A stretch of 64,000 nt of DNA from Thermodesulfobacteriota bacterium (GCA_965198945.1 CBDAQI010000001.1:96001-160000); one strand, 5' to 3'. Shown: positions 47,902 through 59,323, counted from the first letter of the stretch. The notes: generated by a model not told the origin, from the sequence alone. Numbers and translations: made by a program.

Positions 47902-48645
47902 TCACTTCAAATACTGAAACTGCGGATACACAAAACTTCCTTTCATCCAGACCGCCCATGTCGGGTCGGCTATGGGTTTGAGTTTGTGCAGAGGATGTCC
48001 TTCCGGGGCGGTGATTTCTATTTTCGCGTTGCTTATCGCCTTTGTTGAGCCGAGGTATGGAATAGGATATTTGACGATTTCGCCGTTTTTCATCCCGAAA
48101 TAATTCAAGTGTCCGCCTTCGGGGTTTTCAAGTTTTTTTCCAACCACTTTTGCTTCGGCTTTGATGAACTTTTCTCCGTCCACTTTCAGGGTTGTTTTGA
48201 GTTTTCCCCCTCTTACGCGGGTTTTTGTCTCTCCGGATTCCGCGGGAATTCCCGCCCTCTTTGCAAATTTTCTCATCTTATCCGAGCTGTTGAAATAATA
48301 AACAAAATATCTGCCCGGGTAACCACTTTCCCTGTCCATCACATATGAGTAATGTCCCTCCACTTCAATTGTCAGATATGTGAGCGTGTATGCTCCGAAT
48401 CCCGAAGTTTGAAGGGCTTTGGGAACCGTATACATGTTGATTACCACATGCCCGTTCGGATGGGGGTCCAGACCTTCCGGAAGAATCTCTTTCAGCGCCT
48501 GTGGTTCAGCCTTGTATGCCGCAATGAACATCCATGCGTTTGTTACAAGCTGCGGAGCGGGAAGCGGTTCGGGTGTTTTTGCGGCGCCGGCGCTCCAGAA
48601 CGGAAACATCAGCATCAGCAGGGCGAGAACAATTCTTTTTCTCAT
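47902..48645 (-). CDS. Exported ADC-fold-like protein lacking the catalytic Lys motif
   Basis: Signal peptide; ALKEILPEGL.P, SGFGAYT; RAGIPAE where ADC has WGFPKK. Confidence 0.55.
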   Translation of the reverse strand: MRKRIVLALLMLMFPFWSAGAAKTPEPLPAPQLVTNAWMFIAAYKAEPQALKEILPEGLDPHPNGHVVINMYTVPKALQTSGFGAYTLTYLTIEVEGHYSYVMDRESGYPGRYFVYYFNSSDKMRKFAKRAGIPAESGETKTRVRGGKLKTTLKVDGEKFIKAEAKVVGKKLENPEGGHLNYFGMKNGEIVKYPIPYLGSTKAISNAKIEITAPEGHPLHKLKPIADPTWAVWMKGSFVYPQFQYLK

Positions 48646-48743
48646 AACGGACTCCGTTAACAAAAACTAACATTCTTTAACCGAAACGGGGTATTGGCGC
48701 AAGGGTGTTTGAATTGAAGAACACGCTGGGCTATTCTTGCATT

Positions 48744-49307
48744 GTGCCGAAAAGACGCATAACAAAAGTTTATACAAAGACCGGCGACGGGGGACAAACC
48801 TCTCTTGTGGGAGGCGCCAGAGTGGAAAAAGACTCCGCCAGAGTCGGGGCTTACGGCGATGTTGATGAACTGAATTCGTCTCTGGGAATTGTGCGGGCTT
48901 TCTGCCGGGAAGGAAAAATCCTCTCCATAGTCTCGGAAATTCAAAACGATCTTTTCATCCTCGGTTCAGACCTTGCCGCTCCGCACGGGGTTGACACCGC
49001 CAGGATTGACCGTGCGCGCGTTAAAAAACTTGAGGGATGGATTGACGATTTTCTTGAAGATATGGAAACACTCAAAGAGTTTATCCTTCCCGCCGGAAAA
49101 CCCGCCGGGGCGTTTTTTCATCTTTCCCGTTCAGTTTGCAGAAGGGCTGAGAGAAGCGCGCTCGCGCTTATGAAAGAAGAAAAATGCGGCCCCGAAGCCG
49201 TTGTGTATCTCAACCGGCTTTCCGACCTCCTTTTTGTTCTCGCCCGCGCGGCCAATATATGTGACGGATTTGACGAGGTTCCGGTTGATTTCGGTGGAAA
49301 AACTTGA
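48744..49307 (+). CDS. Cob(I)alamin adenosyltransferase (PduO-type)
   Basis: KVYTKTGD.G.T, YGDVDELNS, CRRAER, YLNRLSD.LF. Confidence 0.93.
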   Translation: MPKRRITKVYTKTGDGGQTSLVGGARVEKDSARVGAYGDVDELNSSLGIVRAFCREGKILSIVSEIQNDLFILGSDLAAPHGVDTARIDRARVKKLEGWIDDFLEDMETLKEFILPAGKPAGAFFHLSRSVCRRAERSALALMKEEKCGPEAVVYLNRLSDLLFVLARAANICDGFDEVPVDFGGKT

Positions 49308-49972
49308 GAGACAAAGAAGAGCGAAAACTGCAAATAGTTCATCCCGAAATGGAATCCTATATGGACTCTCTTGTCCAAAACGGGGCTTTCCCGCCCGTTG
49401 ATGAAACACTTCTGGAGATGGAATCCCTTGCGGCAAAAAGAGATTTTCCCATAGTGGGGCGTCTTGCGGGCAGATTTATTTTTCAGCAGGCGCTTCTGCT
49501 CGGCGCCCGCTCGGTTTTTGAAATGGGCTCGGGATTCGGATATTCGGCTTACTGGTTTGCAAAAGCGGTCTGTAAAAAAGGCGGAACCGTGAAGTGCACC
49601 GACCTCTCCGCCGAAAACACGTCTCTCGGCGCGGATTTTATGAAAAAAGCGGGTTTTGAAAAAACCGTTTCCTTTCAAACTGGAGACGCGATTAATATTC
49701 TGGAAAAAACCGACGGGCCGTTTGATGTGGTTTTCAACGACATAGACAAAAAACTGTATCCCGAAGCGTTTGCCGCAGCGCGCCGGAAAATTGTCAAAGG
49801 AGGCCTTTTCATTGCGGATAACGCTTTCTGGGACGGCAGGGCCGCTCTTGCCGATGGCTCCGCCGACACCGAAGGGATAACCGTATTCAACAAAACAGTT
49901 ATGTCCGACCCCGAGTTTCTTACGGTTCAGGTTCCGATAAGAGACGGTGTCTCGGTGAGTCTGAAACTTTAG
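49304..49972 (+). CDS. SAM-dependent O-methyltransferase
   Basis: EMGSGFGYSA, FDVVFND.DK..YP, GGLFIADN, PIRDG. Confidence 0.9.
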   Translation: MRDKEERKLQIVHPEMESYMDSLVQNGAFPPVDETLLEMESLAAKRDFPIVGRLAGRFIFQQALLLGARSVFEMGSGFGYSAYWFAKAVCKKGGTVKCTDLSAENTSLGADFMKKAGFEKTVSFQTGDAINILEKTDGPFDVVFNDIDKKLYPEAFAAARRKIVKGGLFIADNAFWDGRAALADGSADTEGITVFNKTVMSDPEFLTVQVPIRDGVSVSLKL

Positions 49973-50004
49973 TGGAAGCTGACAACATAAAAAGGTGACT
50001 CACA

Positions 50005-52650
50005 ATGGCTCTTGCTGAAAACAGGGAGGAGGAAACCGAACAGCTCAGGAAGTTTTATCTCAGTGGCTCAAAGAGGATAGAGAAAAAACACTATTCAACC
50101 GCCCCTCAAAACAGAATGACCGCAGGGGTGTGTCTTGCACGCGAAAGATCGGATTTGGTTGATTCATTTATAAAAAAAACCGCTTCGCACCGGGGCGGAA
50201 AGATTCCTGCCGGCGTTTCTCTTGTGGCTCTGGGGGGATACGGAAGAAGGGAGCTCTGCCCCTTTTCCGATATAGACCTGCTTGTCCTCTACAGACCCGG
50301 ACTCAGTCGGGTTGCCCGGCGGGTCGGAGAGGATGTTTTCTACCCGCTCTGGGATGTGAAACTTGACCTGGGGCACGCAGTCAGAACCGTGCGGGAATGC
50401 GCTGATCTTTGTGCCGAAGATTTTGTCACTCTAACTTCCCTTCTTGACGGCCGCTTCATTGCGGGAGACCGTGAGCAGTATGAAATTCTTCACAATACCA
50501 TCACACGGGAAGTCCTGCCTTCCTGCTCAGCCCGCTTCATTGAGAACAAACTTGAGGAGGTGGCAGAGCGCAGGAAAAAGTTCGGAAGCTCGGTTTGGAT
50601 GCTTGAGCCAAATGTGAAAGAGGCGGAAGGGGCGCAGAGAGACCTCAACACAATGCTCTGGATTTCCCAGGCCAAATACAAAATCAAAACTTTTGACGAT
50701 TTGCTCAATAGCGGGGTTATGAGCGAAAAAGAATTCCGTCTGGTTATGAAATGCATGAGTTTTCTTTTTCTCGTCCGTTCCCACCTTCACTACCTTGCGG
50801 GCAGAAGACATGACAAACTCAGTTTTGATTTTCAAAGCGATATGGCGAGGTTTTTCAAATATCAGGACTCTTCAATGAAAGCGGTTGAGAAGTTTATGAA
50901 AATCTACTATCTGCGCGCCGGTGTTGTTAGGGAACAGTTTCAGCGGATTGTTGAAATAGTTACGGAAAAACAATCAAGAAAAACCGGAAGATCCAAAATA
51001 CTCCACCTTGAGCACGGTTTTACAATCAGCGACGGGGTTTTGTCCGTTACCGGCAGAAACGTTTTTATGGAAAAACCCGCAAATTTGATAAGGGCATTTG
51101 AATACGCTGACAAATACGGGGCGGAAATGAGCAGGTATCTGAGAGGGCTTATAAGAGAGTATTCCACGCTTATTGATGAGGAGATGAGAAACAGCCCGGA
51201 TTTCAGCCGGATATTTATCGGGATTCTCAAAAACGGTAAAAACGTTTACAAAACCCTTTCTGATATGAACCGCCTGAGATTTCTCGCCCACTACATACCG
51301 GAGTTCGGCAGAGTCGTCTGCATGATGCAGCACAACGCCTACCATCTTTATACAGTGGACATCCATTCGCTTTTTCTCGTAAAAGAGGTGGAAGAGCTTT
51401 TCAAATATAAATATGAGACCGAGTTTCCCCTGCTTACAAAAGTCGCCGAGTTTGTAGTCAGCAGAGATGTTCTCTATCTTGCCTGTCTTTTTCACGATAT
51501 AGGGAAGGGAACCGCCGGCACATCGCATGAAATTGCCGGAAAGAAGATGGTGAAAAAAATAAACCGCCGGCTCAACCTTTCCCGCAGAGACTCGGCAGTG
51601 CTGGAATTTCTTGTTGAAAATCATCAGGTCATGTCGGACTTTTCTCAAAAACGCGACATCAACGACCCCGAGCTTGTCTCCACATTTGCCCGCTCAGTCG
51701 GGGATGAAGAGCGTCTTGCACTGCTCTACCTTCTTACTTTTGCGGACTTGAGGTCTGTCGGAGTTGATGTTTGGAACAACTGGAAGGCCATGCTGCTGAG
51801 GAAACTTTATTTTTCCTCTTCAAGGGTTTTTGAGTCGGGAGGCGTAGACCAGTCTTCTTCGGCCGCCGCGAGAAAAAAACTGGTCTGCAAAGAAATTTCC
51901 CGTCTGTCGGCAAACCGGATTACATCACGCGAAGCGGAGGAAATTATAAATAGAATGCCGGAGTCCTACTTATTCAACCACCTGCCGTCAGACATGGAGA
52001 AACACCTCAGACTTATCAAGTCCGCACGCGGGGGTGTTGTCACGGATGTAAACAGCCATGAAAAAGAGGGTTACGATGAATTTGTTTTCTGGGGAAAAGA
52101 CCGCAAAAAACTATTCCGCAATCTTTGCGGGGCTATCAGCGCGAACGGTTTGAACATCATGGGAGCCAGGACTGAGAATTCTTCATGCGGAAATGTTCTG
52201 GACATTCTTTATGTTAACAAGCTCGGCGAATCCGCAGCGGACAACCCCGAACTGTGGAGAAAACTTGAGGACGATATAAAAAAGGCTCTCGCCGGAAAAC
52301 TTGATCTGGAAGCCGTTTTGAAAAAGCGGACAAAACTCGCCTCTTCATACGCAAAAAGCCTCCCTTCAAGTCCCCCGAGGGTTGATTTTGACAACACTTC
52401 ATCAGACAGGGCGACCATTATAGAGGTTTTCGCAGATGACAAACCCGGGCTTCTCTACAAGATGGTAAGCGTCATTGACGACATGGGACTGCCAATAACA
52501 TATGCGAAAGTCTCAACAAGGGCGGGGCAGGCCTTTGATGTTTTTTATGTTACGGGCCGGGGTGGACGCAAGGTGGAAAATCCCGATATTCTTGAGAAGA
52601 TTGAAAAAGCGCTGCTGAATGCCTTAAGGCCCGAATCTGCGGAATTTTGA
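50005..52650 (+). CDS. glnD: [Protein-PII] uridylyltransferase
   Basis: ALGGYGR.EL.PFSDIDL, EPNVKE, YH.YTVD.H, LFHDIGKG, C-terminal ACT domains. Confidence 0.95.
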   Translation: MALAENREEETEQLRKFYLSGSKRIEKKHYSTAPQNRMTAGVCLARERSDLVDSFIKKTASHRGGKIPAGVSLVALGGYGRRELCPFSDIDLLVLYRPGLSRVARRVGEDVFYPLWDVKLDLGHAVRTVRECADLCAEDFVTLTSLLDGRFIAGDREQYEILHNTITREVLPSCSARFIENKLEEVAERRKKFGSSVWMLEPNVKEAEGAQRDLNTMLWISQAKYKIKTFDDLLNSGVMSEKEFRLVMKCMSFLFLVRSHLHYLAGRRHDKLSFDFQSDMARFFKYQDSSMKAVEKFMKIYYLRAGVVREQFQRIVEIVTEKQSRKTGRSKILHLEHGFTISDGVLSVTGRNVFMEKPANLIRAFEYADKYGAEMSRYLRGLIREYSTLIDEEMRNSPDFSRIFIGILKNGKNVYKTLSDMNRLRFLAHYIPEFGRVVCMMQHNAYHLYTVDIHSLFLVKEVEELFKYKYETEFPLLTKVAEFVVSRDVLYLACLFHDIGKGTAGTSHEIAGKKMVKKINRRLNLSRRDSAVLEFLVENHQVMSDFSQKRDINDPELVSTFARSVGDEERLALLYLLTFADLRSVGVDVWNNWKAMLLRKLYFSSSRVFESGGVDQSSSAAARKKLVCKEISRLSANRITSREAEEIINRMPESYLFNHLPSDMEKHLRLIKSARGGVVTDVNSHEKEGYDEFVFWGKDRKKLFRNLCGAISANGLNIMGARTENSSCGNVLDILYVNKLGESAADNPELWRKLEDDIKKALAGKLDLEAVLKKRTKLASSYAKSLPSSPPRVDFDNTSSDRATIIEVFADDKPGLLYKMVSVIDDMGLPITYAKVSTRAGQAFDVFYVTGRGGRKVENPDILEKIEKALLNALRPESAEF

Positions 52651-52669
52651 TCTTCACGGACACTGAATT

Positions 52670-54256
52670 TTGAAGAAAAATATTCTGCAAACGGACATTC
52701 TCGTAATAGGCGGAGGCCTTGCTGGTCTCTACGCCGCTTTTTGCGCCGCCTCATCCGGTTCAAAAGTGGCGGTTGTAACTCAGACAACCCTGAAAGAAAG
52801 CAATTCATACTGGGCGCAGGGCGGAATTGCGGCGGCCATTGACTCTGAAGATTCAACTCTTTTACACAAGGACGACACCCTGAAGGCGGGATGCGGACTT
52901 TGCGTTGAGGAAGCGGTTGAGGTTCTCGTCTGCGAAGGCAGGGAAAGGGTGATTGAAATGGCCGGGTTCGGAATGGAATTTGACTCGGGCGACCGCGGTT
53001 TTGAGCTCGGTCTTGAGGGTGGCCATTCAAAGCGGCGTGTTCTTCATGCGGGAGGAGCGGCAACTGGGAAAAGGATGATTGAGTTTCTCATATCTTCCGT
53101 TGAAAAATCGCGCGGGGTCAACCTTATTGAACGAACCGGGGTGGAGAGCCTTATTTCCTCCGGAGGCAGGTGTTTCGGAGCGTGGACGGCTTCCTCCTCG
53201 GGTGAGCGGACAGCCGTGCTCGCCCGTTCAACGATCCTTGCCACGGGCGGAGCCGCCGCTCTTTTCGGCAGAACGACAAATCCCAGCGGTGCGCGGGGTG
53301 ACGGAATACAAATGGCTTACGAAGCCGGAGCGGAGATAATGGACATGGAATTTGTGCAGTTCCACCCGACCGCTTTTTATTCACAGTCCGGAGAGAGTTT
53401 TCTCATATCCGAAGCGCTAAGAGGAGAGGGCGGCCGTCTTGCGGATGCGAAGGGTGAAATGTTTATGAGTCAGTATCATCCTCTCGGTGATCTTGCTCCG
53501 AGAGATGTGGTTTCAAGAGCCATACATTCGCAGATAAGCGGCGGCGGCAGTGATTTTGTGTATCTTGATGTTACGGGAGTCAGCCACGATATTCTCAAGA
53601 AAAGGTTTGCAGACATCTACCGCCGATGTCTTGAAAACGGTATTGACTGTGAGACTTCTCCCATTCCGGTCGCCCCCGCGGCGCACTACACAATAGGCGG
53701 TGTGAGAACGGGACTCCGCGGTGAGACCAGTCTTGAGGGTCTATACTGTTGCGGCGAGACCGCTTGCCTCGGAGTTCACGGCGCAAACCGGCTGGCTAGC
53801 AATTCTCTGCTTGAGTGTCTTGTTTTTTCAAAAAGATCCGCGGGCGGAGCGGTGGAAAATCTTCAAAGCCGGACTTTCCCGTCCGATTTTCCGGACTGCC
53901 CACCGCGGCGCTCGGGAGACGGAGACCGCTCAAGATATGAGCGGCTCAAGGGGTTGCTTTTGTCCGGGGCGGACTTGAAGCTTGGCATAGTCAGGGACGC
54001 GGAAAAAATGAAAAGTTTCATAACCGACCTTGAAAAAGTGCGCCTTGAGGCGGAGGATATGGGCGGACGGTATGGCGCAAGACTCTTTTCCATGGCCGCC
54101 GTTTGTCATATGATGTCACGCGCGGCTCTTGCGAGAAAGGAAACAAGGGGGGTGCATATAAGGGAGGATTTTCCCGATGCCGACCCCGACCTTTGCAGGC
54201 ACAGTATTATCAGCAAAGAGGCGGGCGATGTTGAATTCCGCCGGAGGGAGTTATGA
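52670..54256 (+). CDS. nadB: L-aspartate oxidase
   Basis: SNSYWAQGGIAA, EFVQFHPT, LISEALRGEG, HGANRLASNSLLE. Confidence 0.95.
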   Translation: MKKNILQTDILVIGGGLAGLYAAFCAASSGSKVAVVTQTTLKESNSYWAQGGIAAAIDSEDSTLLHKDDTLKAGCGLCVEEAVEVLVCEGRERVIEMAGFGMEFDSGDRGFELGLEGGHSKRRVLHAGGAATGKRMIEFLISSVEKSRGVNLIERTGVESLISSGGRCFGAWTASSSGERTAVLARSTILATGGAAALFGRTTNPSGARGDGIQMAYEAGAEIMDMEFVQFHPTAFYSQSGESFLISEALRGEGGRLADAKGEMFMSQYHPLGDLAPRDVVSRAIHSQISGGGSDFVYLDVTGVSHDILKKRFADIYRRCLENGIDCETSPIPVAPAAHYTIGGVRTGLRGETSLEGLYCCGETACLGVHGANRLASNSLLECLVFSKRSAGGAVENLQSRTFPSDFPDCPPRRSGDGDRSRYERLKGLLLSGADLKLGIVRDAEKMKSFITDLEKVRLEAEDMGGRYGARLFSMAAVCHMMSRAALARKETRGVHIREDFPDADPDLCRHSIISKEAGDVEFRRREL

Positions 54257-55128
54257 AAACGGTTAGAAAACCTCCGGTTCTTGACTGGGGCAAAGTTGAC
54301 AGACTGATAGAAGCGGCGGTTGATGAGGACGTTCGCGGCGGTGATGTTACGACCGAGCTGCTTTTTGAGAAGGATGTTTCCTGCAGAGCGGTTGTGAGGT
54401 CGAAGCAGCGCGGGATTCTCGCCGGAGTTGAAGTTGCCAGAATGGTTTTTGAAAAACTTGACAAAAACCTTGTATGGGAAAGCGGCGGGAAAGACGGCGA
54501 TGAGGTTTGCGAGGGTACGGACATTGTTTCCATTTCCGGCTCACAGAGACACATCCTCACCGGAGAAAGACTCGCGCTCAACATACTTCAGCGTCTCAGT
54601 GGAATAGCAACCTTCACGGCCAAATTTGTTGACGCCGTGAGGGGGACGGGCGTCAAAATTGTTGATACGCGCAAAACGGCGCCCGGTCTCAGAGAGCTTG
54701 AAAAATACGCCGTCCGCATGGGCGGCGGCGACAACCACAGATTCGGTCTTTATGACGGAATTCTCATCAAAGACAACCACATAAAACTCGCGGGCGGAGT
54801 TAGGCCCGCAGTTGACAGAGTAAAGAGCAGAATTGCGGAATCTTCCGAGAACTATGCCCGTTTCCCGATAGAGGTTGAGGCCAAGCAGATGTCACAGGTT
54901 GCCGAGGCGATTGAGGCCGGGGCAGACCTTGTTATGCTTGACAATATGAGCATAGAGCAGATGAAAAAAGCGGTGCTTATTGTGGACGGAAAAATCAGAG
55001 TTGAGGCGTCCGGAGGGGTTACTCTTGAAAGAGTCAGAGAAGTTGCCTCCACGGGAGTGGACATAATTTCTGTCGGGGCGCTCACTCATTCCGCGCCCGC
55101 TCTGGACATAAGTCTTGATATGTTATGA
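54253..55128 (+). CDS. nadC: Quinolinate phosphoribosyltransferase
   Basis: DTRKTAPG, NHRFGL, KDNH, MLDN, EASGG, LTHS. Confidence 0.96.
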   Translation: MKTVRKPPVLDWGKVDRLIEAAVDEDVRGGDVTTELLFEKDVSCRAVVRSKQRGILAGVEVARMVFEKLDKNLVWESGGKDGDEVCEGTDIVSISGSQRHILTGERLALNILQRLSGIATFTAKFVDAVRGTGVKIVDTRKTAPGLRELEKYAVRMGGGDNHRFGLYDGILIKDNHIKLAGGVRPAVDRVKSRIAESSENYARFPIEVEAKQMSQVAEAIEAGADLVMLDNMSIEQMKKAVLIVDGKIRVEASGGVTLERVREVASTGVDIISVGALTHSAPALDISLDML

Positions 55129-55172
55129 GGCTCCGGCGCTTACGGTATGCTATAATTTAAGACGGGGTTTAT

Positions 55173-56129
55173 ATGAAAGACGGAAGCCGTGAGACAGCGG
55201 AGCGGGTGAAAGAGCTCAAACATGAGAAAAACGCCGTCATCCTTGCTCACAACTACCAGATTCCGGAGGTTCAGGACATTGCCGATTATGTGGGTGATTC
55301 TCTGGGACTTTCCCGGATTGCCGGACGCACGGACGCCGATATTATAGTTTTCTGCGGCGTCCACTTTATGGCTGAGACCGCGAGCATAATCTCTCCCGAC
55401 AAAAAAGTTCTTATTCCGGACGAGGGCGCCGGTTGTTCTCTCTCAGACACAATCAATCTTGAGCAGCTGATGGATTGGAAGACCGAGCATCCGGAGGCGG
55501 TTGTTGTTTCATATGTGAACACCTCGGCCGCGGTCAAAAGCGAAAGTGATTACTGTGTTACTTCATCAAATGCGGTCAGCGTCGTCCGGTCCATTCCGCC
55601 GGACAGGAAAATTCTGTTTCTGCCCGATATTTTTCTCGGCTCATATGTGTCAAAGGTTACCGGAAGAGAGATGGAAATATGGCCCGGCGAATGCCATGTT
55701 CACGCGGGCATCAAGACCGGAGACATAAAACGTTTGAAGCGCGAGCATCCGCGCGCCGAGGTTGTCGTGCACCCTGAATGCGGATGCACCACCCACTATC
55801 TCTACGACAGGGCTTCCGGGTCAAAAAAATACGGCGCGGATGTGGAGTTCCTTTCCACCTCGGGGATGACCGAGCGCGTCCGGAAAGGGGGAGATGAGTT
55901 TATAGTCGCAACTGAAACCGGCATCCTTCACAAACTCCGCAAAGACAATCCGGGCAAAAAGTTTTTCCCGGCGAGTGAAAAAGCCGTCTGTGAGTATATG
56001 AAAATGATAACCCTTGAAAAGGTTCTGCACTCGCTTACTGAGGAGATATATGAAGTTAAAGTTCCAGAAGATCTCGCTCGCAGGGCGAAAAAACCCATAG
56101 ACAGAATGCTTGCGGTCTCCGGGCACTGA
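55173..56129 (+). CDS. nadA: Quinolinate synthase
   Basis: ILAHNYQ, CGVHFMAE, YVNT, HPEC, CEYMK. Confidence 0.96.
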   Translation: MKDGSRETAERVKELKHEKNAVILAHNYQIPEVQDIADYVGDSLGLSRIAGRTDADIIVFCGVHFMAETASIISPDKKVLIPDEGAGCSLSDTINLEQLMDWKTEHPEAVVVSYVNTSAAVKSESDYCVTSSNAVSVVRSIPPDRKILFLPDIFLGSYVSKVTGREMEIWPGECHVHAGIKTGDIKRLKREHPRAEVVVHPECGCTTHYLYDRASGSKKYGADVEFLSTSGMTERVRKGGDEFIVATETGILHKLRKDNPGKKFFPASEKAVCEYMKMITLEKVLHSLTEEIYEVKVPEDLARRAKKPIDRMLAVSGH

Positions 56130-56177
56130 TGAACATAAGGATAGGAGTTTTTTCTTTGCAACCCCTGCGGTTTCGGC

Positions 56178-56678
56178 TTATTCAGCCAACTCTCTCGTTC
56201 CGATTTCCCTGTCAAGCATCAGTATCGCGGCGTTGTTGTCTCCGGCAAGTTTCAGACTGTCAATTATGTCCATCGCGGTCTTTTCTTCCTCAACCTGTTC
56301 TTCTATGAACCACTCAAGCATTACGGCGCTTGCATGGTCTTTTTCCGCAACCGCTTTATCATGGAGTTTGTTAATCAAATCAGTTACCAGACGCTCATGC
56401 TTGAGAACCTGCTCGAACATCTGCAAAAGTTTGCCGAAACTGTGCTTCGGCTGTTCTATTGCTTTCAGTTCCACGCGGCCGTCCCTGTCAAGCACGAAAT
56501 CAAAAATTTTCATGGCATGTGTGGCTTCTTCCTCGCTCTGTTTTCTCAGCCACTTGCCGAAACCGGGCAGGCCGTTTGCTTCACAGTCCGCCGCCATTGA
56601 AAGATAAATATATGAAGAAAAAAGCTCAGCATTGATTTGCCCGTTCAGCGCATCCTGAATTTTTTTGCTTATTTTCAT
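56178..56678 (-). CDS. ftnA: Non-heme ferritin
   Basis: QINAEL.SSY.YLSM, EE..HA, HE, WFIEEQVEEE. Confidence 0.92.
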   Translation of the reverse strand: MKISKKIQDALNGQINAELFSSYIYLSMAADCEANGLPGFGKWLRKQSEEEATHAMKIFDFVLDRDGRVELKAIEQPKHSFGKLLQMFEQVLKHERLVTDLINKLHDKAVAEKDHASAVMLEWFIEEQVEEEKTAMDIIDSLKLAGDNNAAILMLDREIGTRELAE

Positions 56679-56902
56679 TTTTGCTTCCCCTTATTCAAAA
56701 CTAACGGCAAGTATAAGACTTGTTTGGTATATTTCAACAGCTTCACCGGTTTTTCCGGAGTTAAATATTGATATTGAGTTTTTTAATTTGATTTATATCC
56801 GTTGATATATGTTTATTTGTGTTTATATAATCTACTGATGACCTGTCATATAGGGTGTTTTCAAGAGGCTTTTGCCGTAAAAACACCCGGGGAGAATGAA
56901 AA

Positions 56903-59323
56903 ATGTCACCGGATAAGAACTTGAAAGAAATTCCCATGCTTCCGCTGAGGGATGTTGTCATGTTCCCATACATGGTTGCGCCTCTGTTTGTTGGAAGGTC
57001 GCGCTCAATAAAAGCCATTGAAGAAGCGGAAAAAACCACCAAGGAAATATTTCTCTGCACCCAGGTTGACCCGAGCGAGAACGAGCCCAAACAGGACGAT
57101 ATTTATTCAACCGGAGTTGTGGGAATCGTAACACAGATGCTGCGCCTTCCCGACGGAACCGTGAAAGTTCTTGTGGAAGGTAAAAAAAGGGGACGGATAG
57201 AAGACTATGTTGAAACTTCCGATTTCTACAGAGTGAGGGTTTCCGTTATTGATGAGCCGGACGAATCTGAAAGCGTTGAGGGAGACGCGCTCAGGAGGTC
57301 CGTTCTCAAGGCTTTTGAGGGCTACATAAAACTGAACAGAAAAATACCGGCTGAGGTTTTCTCAACAGTTTCAGTCATTGAAGACACGGGACGTCTTTCC
57401 GACACGGTGGCGTCGCATTTGAACCTGAAAATTGCCGACAAGCAGGATTTGCTTGAAACGGCGAGTCCTGAGGAAAGAATGAAAAAACTGCATGGAAAGA
57501 TGCAGGAAGAGGTGGAAATTCTTGAGATAGAGAAAAGAATCGGCAGAAGAGTACGCCGGCAAATGGAAAAGTCTCAGAGAGAATACTATTTGACTGAGCA
57601 GATGAAAGCCATTCAGAAAGAACTTGGTGAAAAAGACGACATGAAGTCGGACGCTCAGGAGATTGAGGCGAAACTCAAAGACAAAGGCCTCCCCAAGGAA
57701 GTTGAAGAGAGGGTTCAAAAAGAGCTTAAAAAACTCAAAATGATGCAGCCGATGTCCGCTGAGGCAACCGTTGTAAGAAACTATATTGACTGGATAATGG
57801 ACCTGCCTTGGACAAAAGAACACACAAAAGACAGGCTTGATATAAAAGAGGCACATAAAATACTTGATCAAGACCACTACGGCCTGAAAGACCCGAAAGA
57901 CAGAATCCTTGAATATCTGGCCGTTCGCTCGCTCACAGAAAAGCTTCGCGGCCCCATACTCTGTTTCGCCGGGCCTCCGGGAGTCGGGAAAACCTCGCTT
58001 GCCAAGTCAATAGCGAGTTCAATGGGCAGGAAGTTCGTCAGAGTTTCTCTCGGCGGAGTCAGAGATGAGTCCGAGATACGCGGGCACAGAAGGACGTATA
58101 TCGGCGCGCTTCCCGGCAAAATTATCCAGGGCATGAAAAAAGCCGGAACGAACAACCCGGTATTTCTTCTTGACGAGATAGACAAACTCGGAATGGACTT
58201 CAGGGGCGACCCCGCTTCGGCTCTTCTTGAGTGTCTTGACCCTGAGCAGAATTCACATTTCAACGACCATTACATAGAAGCCGATTATGATCTTTCCAAA
58301 GTTCTGTTTATTGCAACTGCAAACATAATTCACACAATACCGTGGGCTCTTCAGGACAGGATGGAAATAATACGCATTCCGGGTTACACCCAAGATGAAA
58401 AACTCCGCATAGCAAAAGAGTTTCTGCTTGGGAAACAGACAAAAGAGCACGGTCTTTCAGATGATCTTGTGTCGGTTGCGGACAGTGCGCTTCTTGAGCT
58501 TATAAGGCGTTACACAAAAGAAGCGGGGGTGCGGACTCTTGAGCGCCAGATTGCAAAGCTCTGCAGAAAAGTTGCAAGGAAGGTCGCCGAAGCGGGAAAG
58601 GGGAAATCCGCCTCAAAGGTAAGAATAACCGCGAAAAATCTGGGCGGCTATCTGGGAGTTCCCAAGTTCAAGCACGGAGAGATAGAAAAAGACAACCAGA
58701 TAGGAGCCGTAAAGGGGCTTGCGTGGACGGAGGTCGGCGGCGAGCTGCTTACCATAGAGGTTGTAATAGTGCCCGGAAAAGGCGGTTTTACGGTTACGGG
58801 TGTCAAACCGGAAGGGGAAAACGTGATGAAGGAATCAGCGCGTGCGGCGATGAGTTATGTGCGTTCGCGCGGAGCCCAGCTGGGTTTTGAAAGGGATTTC
58901 TACCAGATGGTTGACATACATATCCATGCTCCGGAGGGCGCGACTCCCAAAGACGGTCCGTCTGCGGGAATAGCAATTGTCACCGCGATTGTGTCCGCGC
59001 TTGTAAAAAAACCTGTCAAGCGCGACATTGCCATGACGGGAGAAATAACGCTTCGCGGTCAGGTGCTTCCGATAGGGGGCCTCAAAGAGAAGATTCTTGC
59101 CGCACAGCGCGGAAAGGTTAAAACTGTGATTCTTCCCATGGAAAATGAGAAAGATATTGAAGAAGTTCCCGCGGAAGTTAAAAAGGGTGTCGAGATAAAG
59201 TTCGTGGAGCATATGGATGAGGTTCTGCAAGAGGCTATTATCTCGGAAACTCCGTTGTTGAAAAGTTTTGTTCTTTCTTCTCCGGGAGCAGGGATTGAAG
59301 TTTCTGAGACAAAGATAAATTGA
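56903..59323 (+). CDS. lon: ATP-dependent Lon protease
   Basis: [38 protein letters not shown]. Confidence 0.98.
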   Translation: MSPDKNLKEIPMLPLRDVVMFPYMVAPLFVGRSRSIKAIEEAEKTTKEIFLCTQVDPSENEPKQDDIYSTGVVGIVTQMLRLPDGTVKVLVEGKKRGRIEDYVETSDFYRVRVSVIDEPDESESVEGDALRRSVLKAFEGYIKLNRKIPAEVFSTVSVIEDTGRLSDTVASHLNLKIADKQDLLETASPEERMKKLHGKMQEEVEILEIEKRIGRRVRRQMEKSQREYYLTEQMKAIQKELGEKDDMKSDAQEIEAKLKDKGLPKEVEERVQKELKKLKMMQPMSAEATVVRNYIDWIMDLPWTKEHTKDRLDIKEAHKILDQDHYGLKDPKDRILEYLAVRSLTEKLRGPILCFAGPPGVGKTSLAKSIASSMGRKFVRVSLGGVRDESEIRGHRRTYIGALPGKIIQGMKKAGTNNPVFLLDEIDKLGMDFRGDPASALLECLDPEQNSHFNDHYIEADYDLSKVLFIATANIIHTIPWALQDRMEIIRIPGYTQDEKLRIAKEFLLGKQTKEHGLSDDLVSVADSALLELIRRYTKEAGVRTLERQIAKLCRKVARKVAEAGKGKSASKVRITAKNLGGYLGVPKFKHGEIEKDNQIGAVKGLAWTEVGGELLTIEVVIVPGKGGFTVTGVKPEGENVMKESARAAMSYVRSRGAQLGFERDFYQMVDIHIHAPEGATPKDGPSAGIAIVTAIVSALVKKPVKRDIAMTGEITLRGQVLPIGGLKEKILAAQRGKVKTVILPMENEKDIEEVPAEVKKGVEIKFVEHMDEVLQEAIISETPLLKSFVLSSPGAGIEVSETKIN

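Noticed and set aside
56760..56830. AT-rich tract between ferritin and lon as a possible Fur box
   Set aside because: The match to the Fur consensus is too weak to call.
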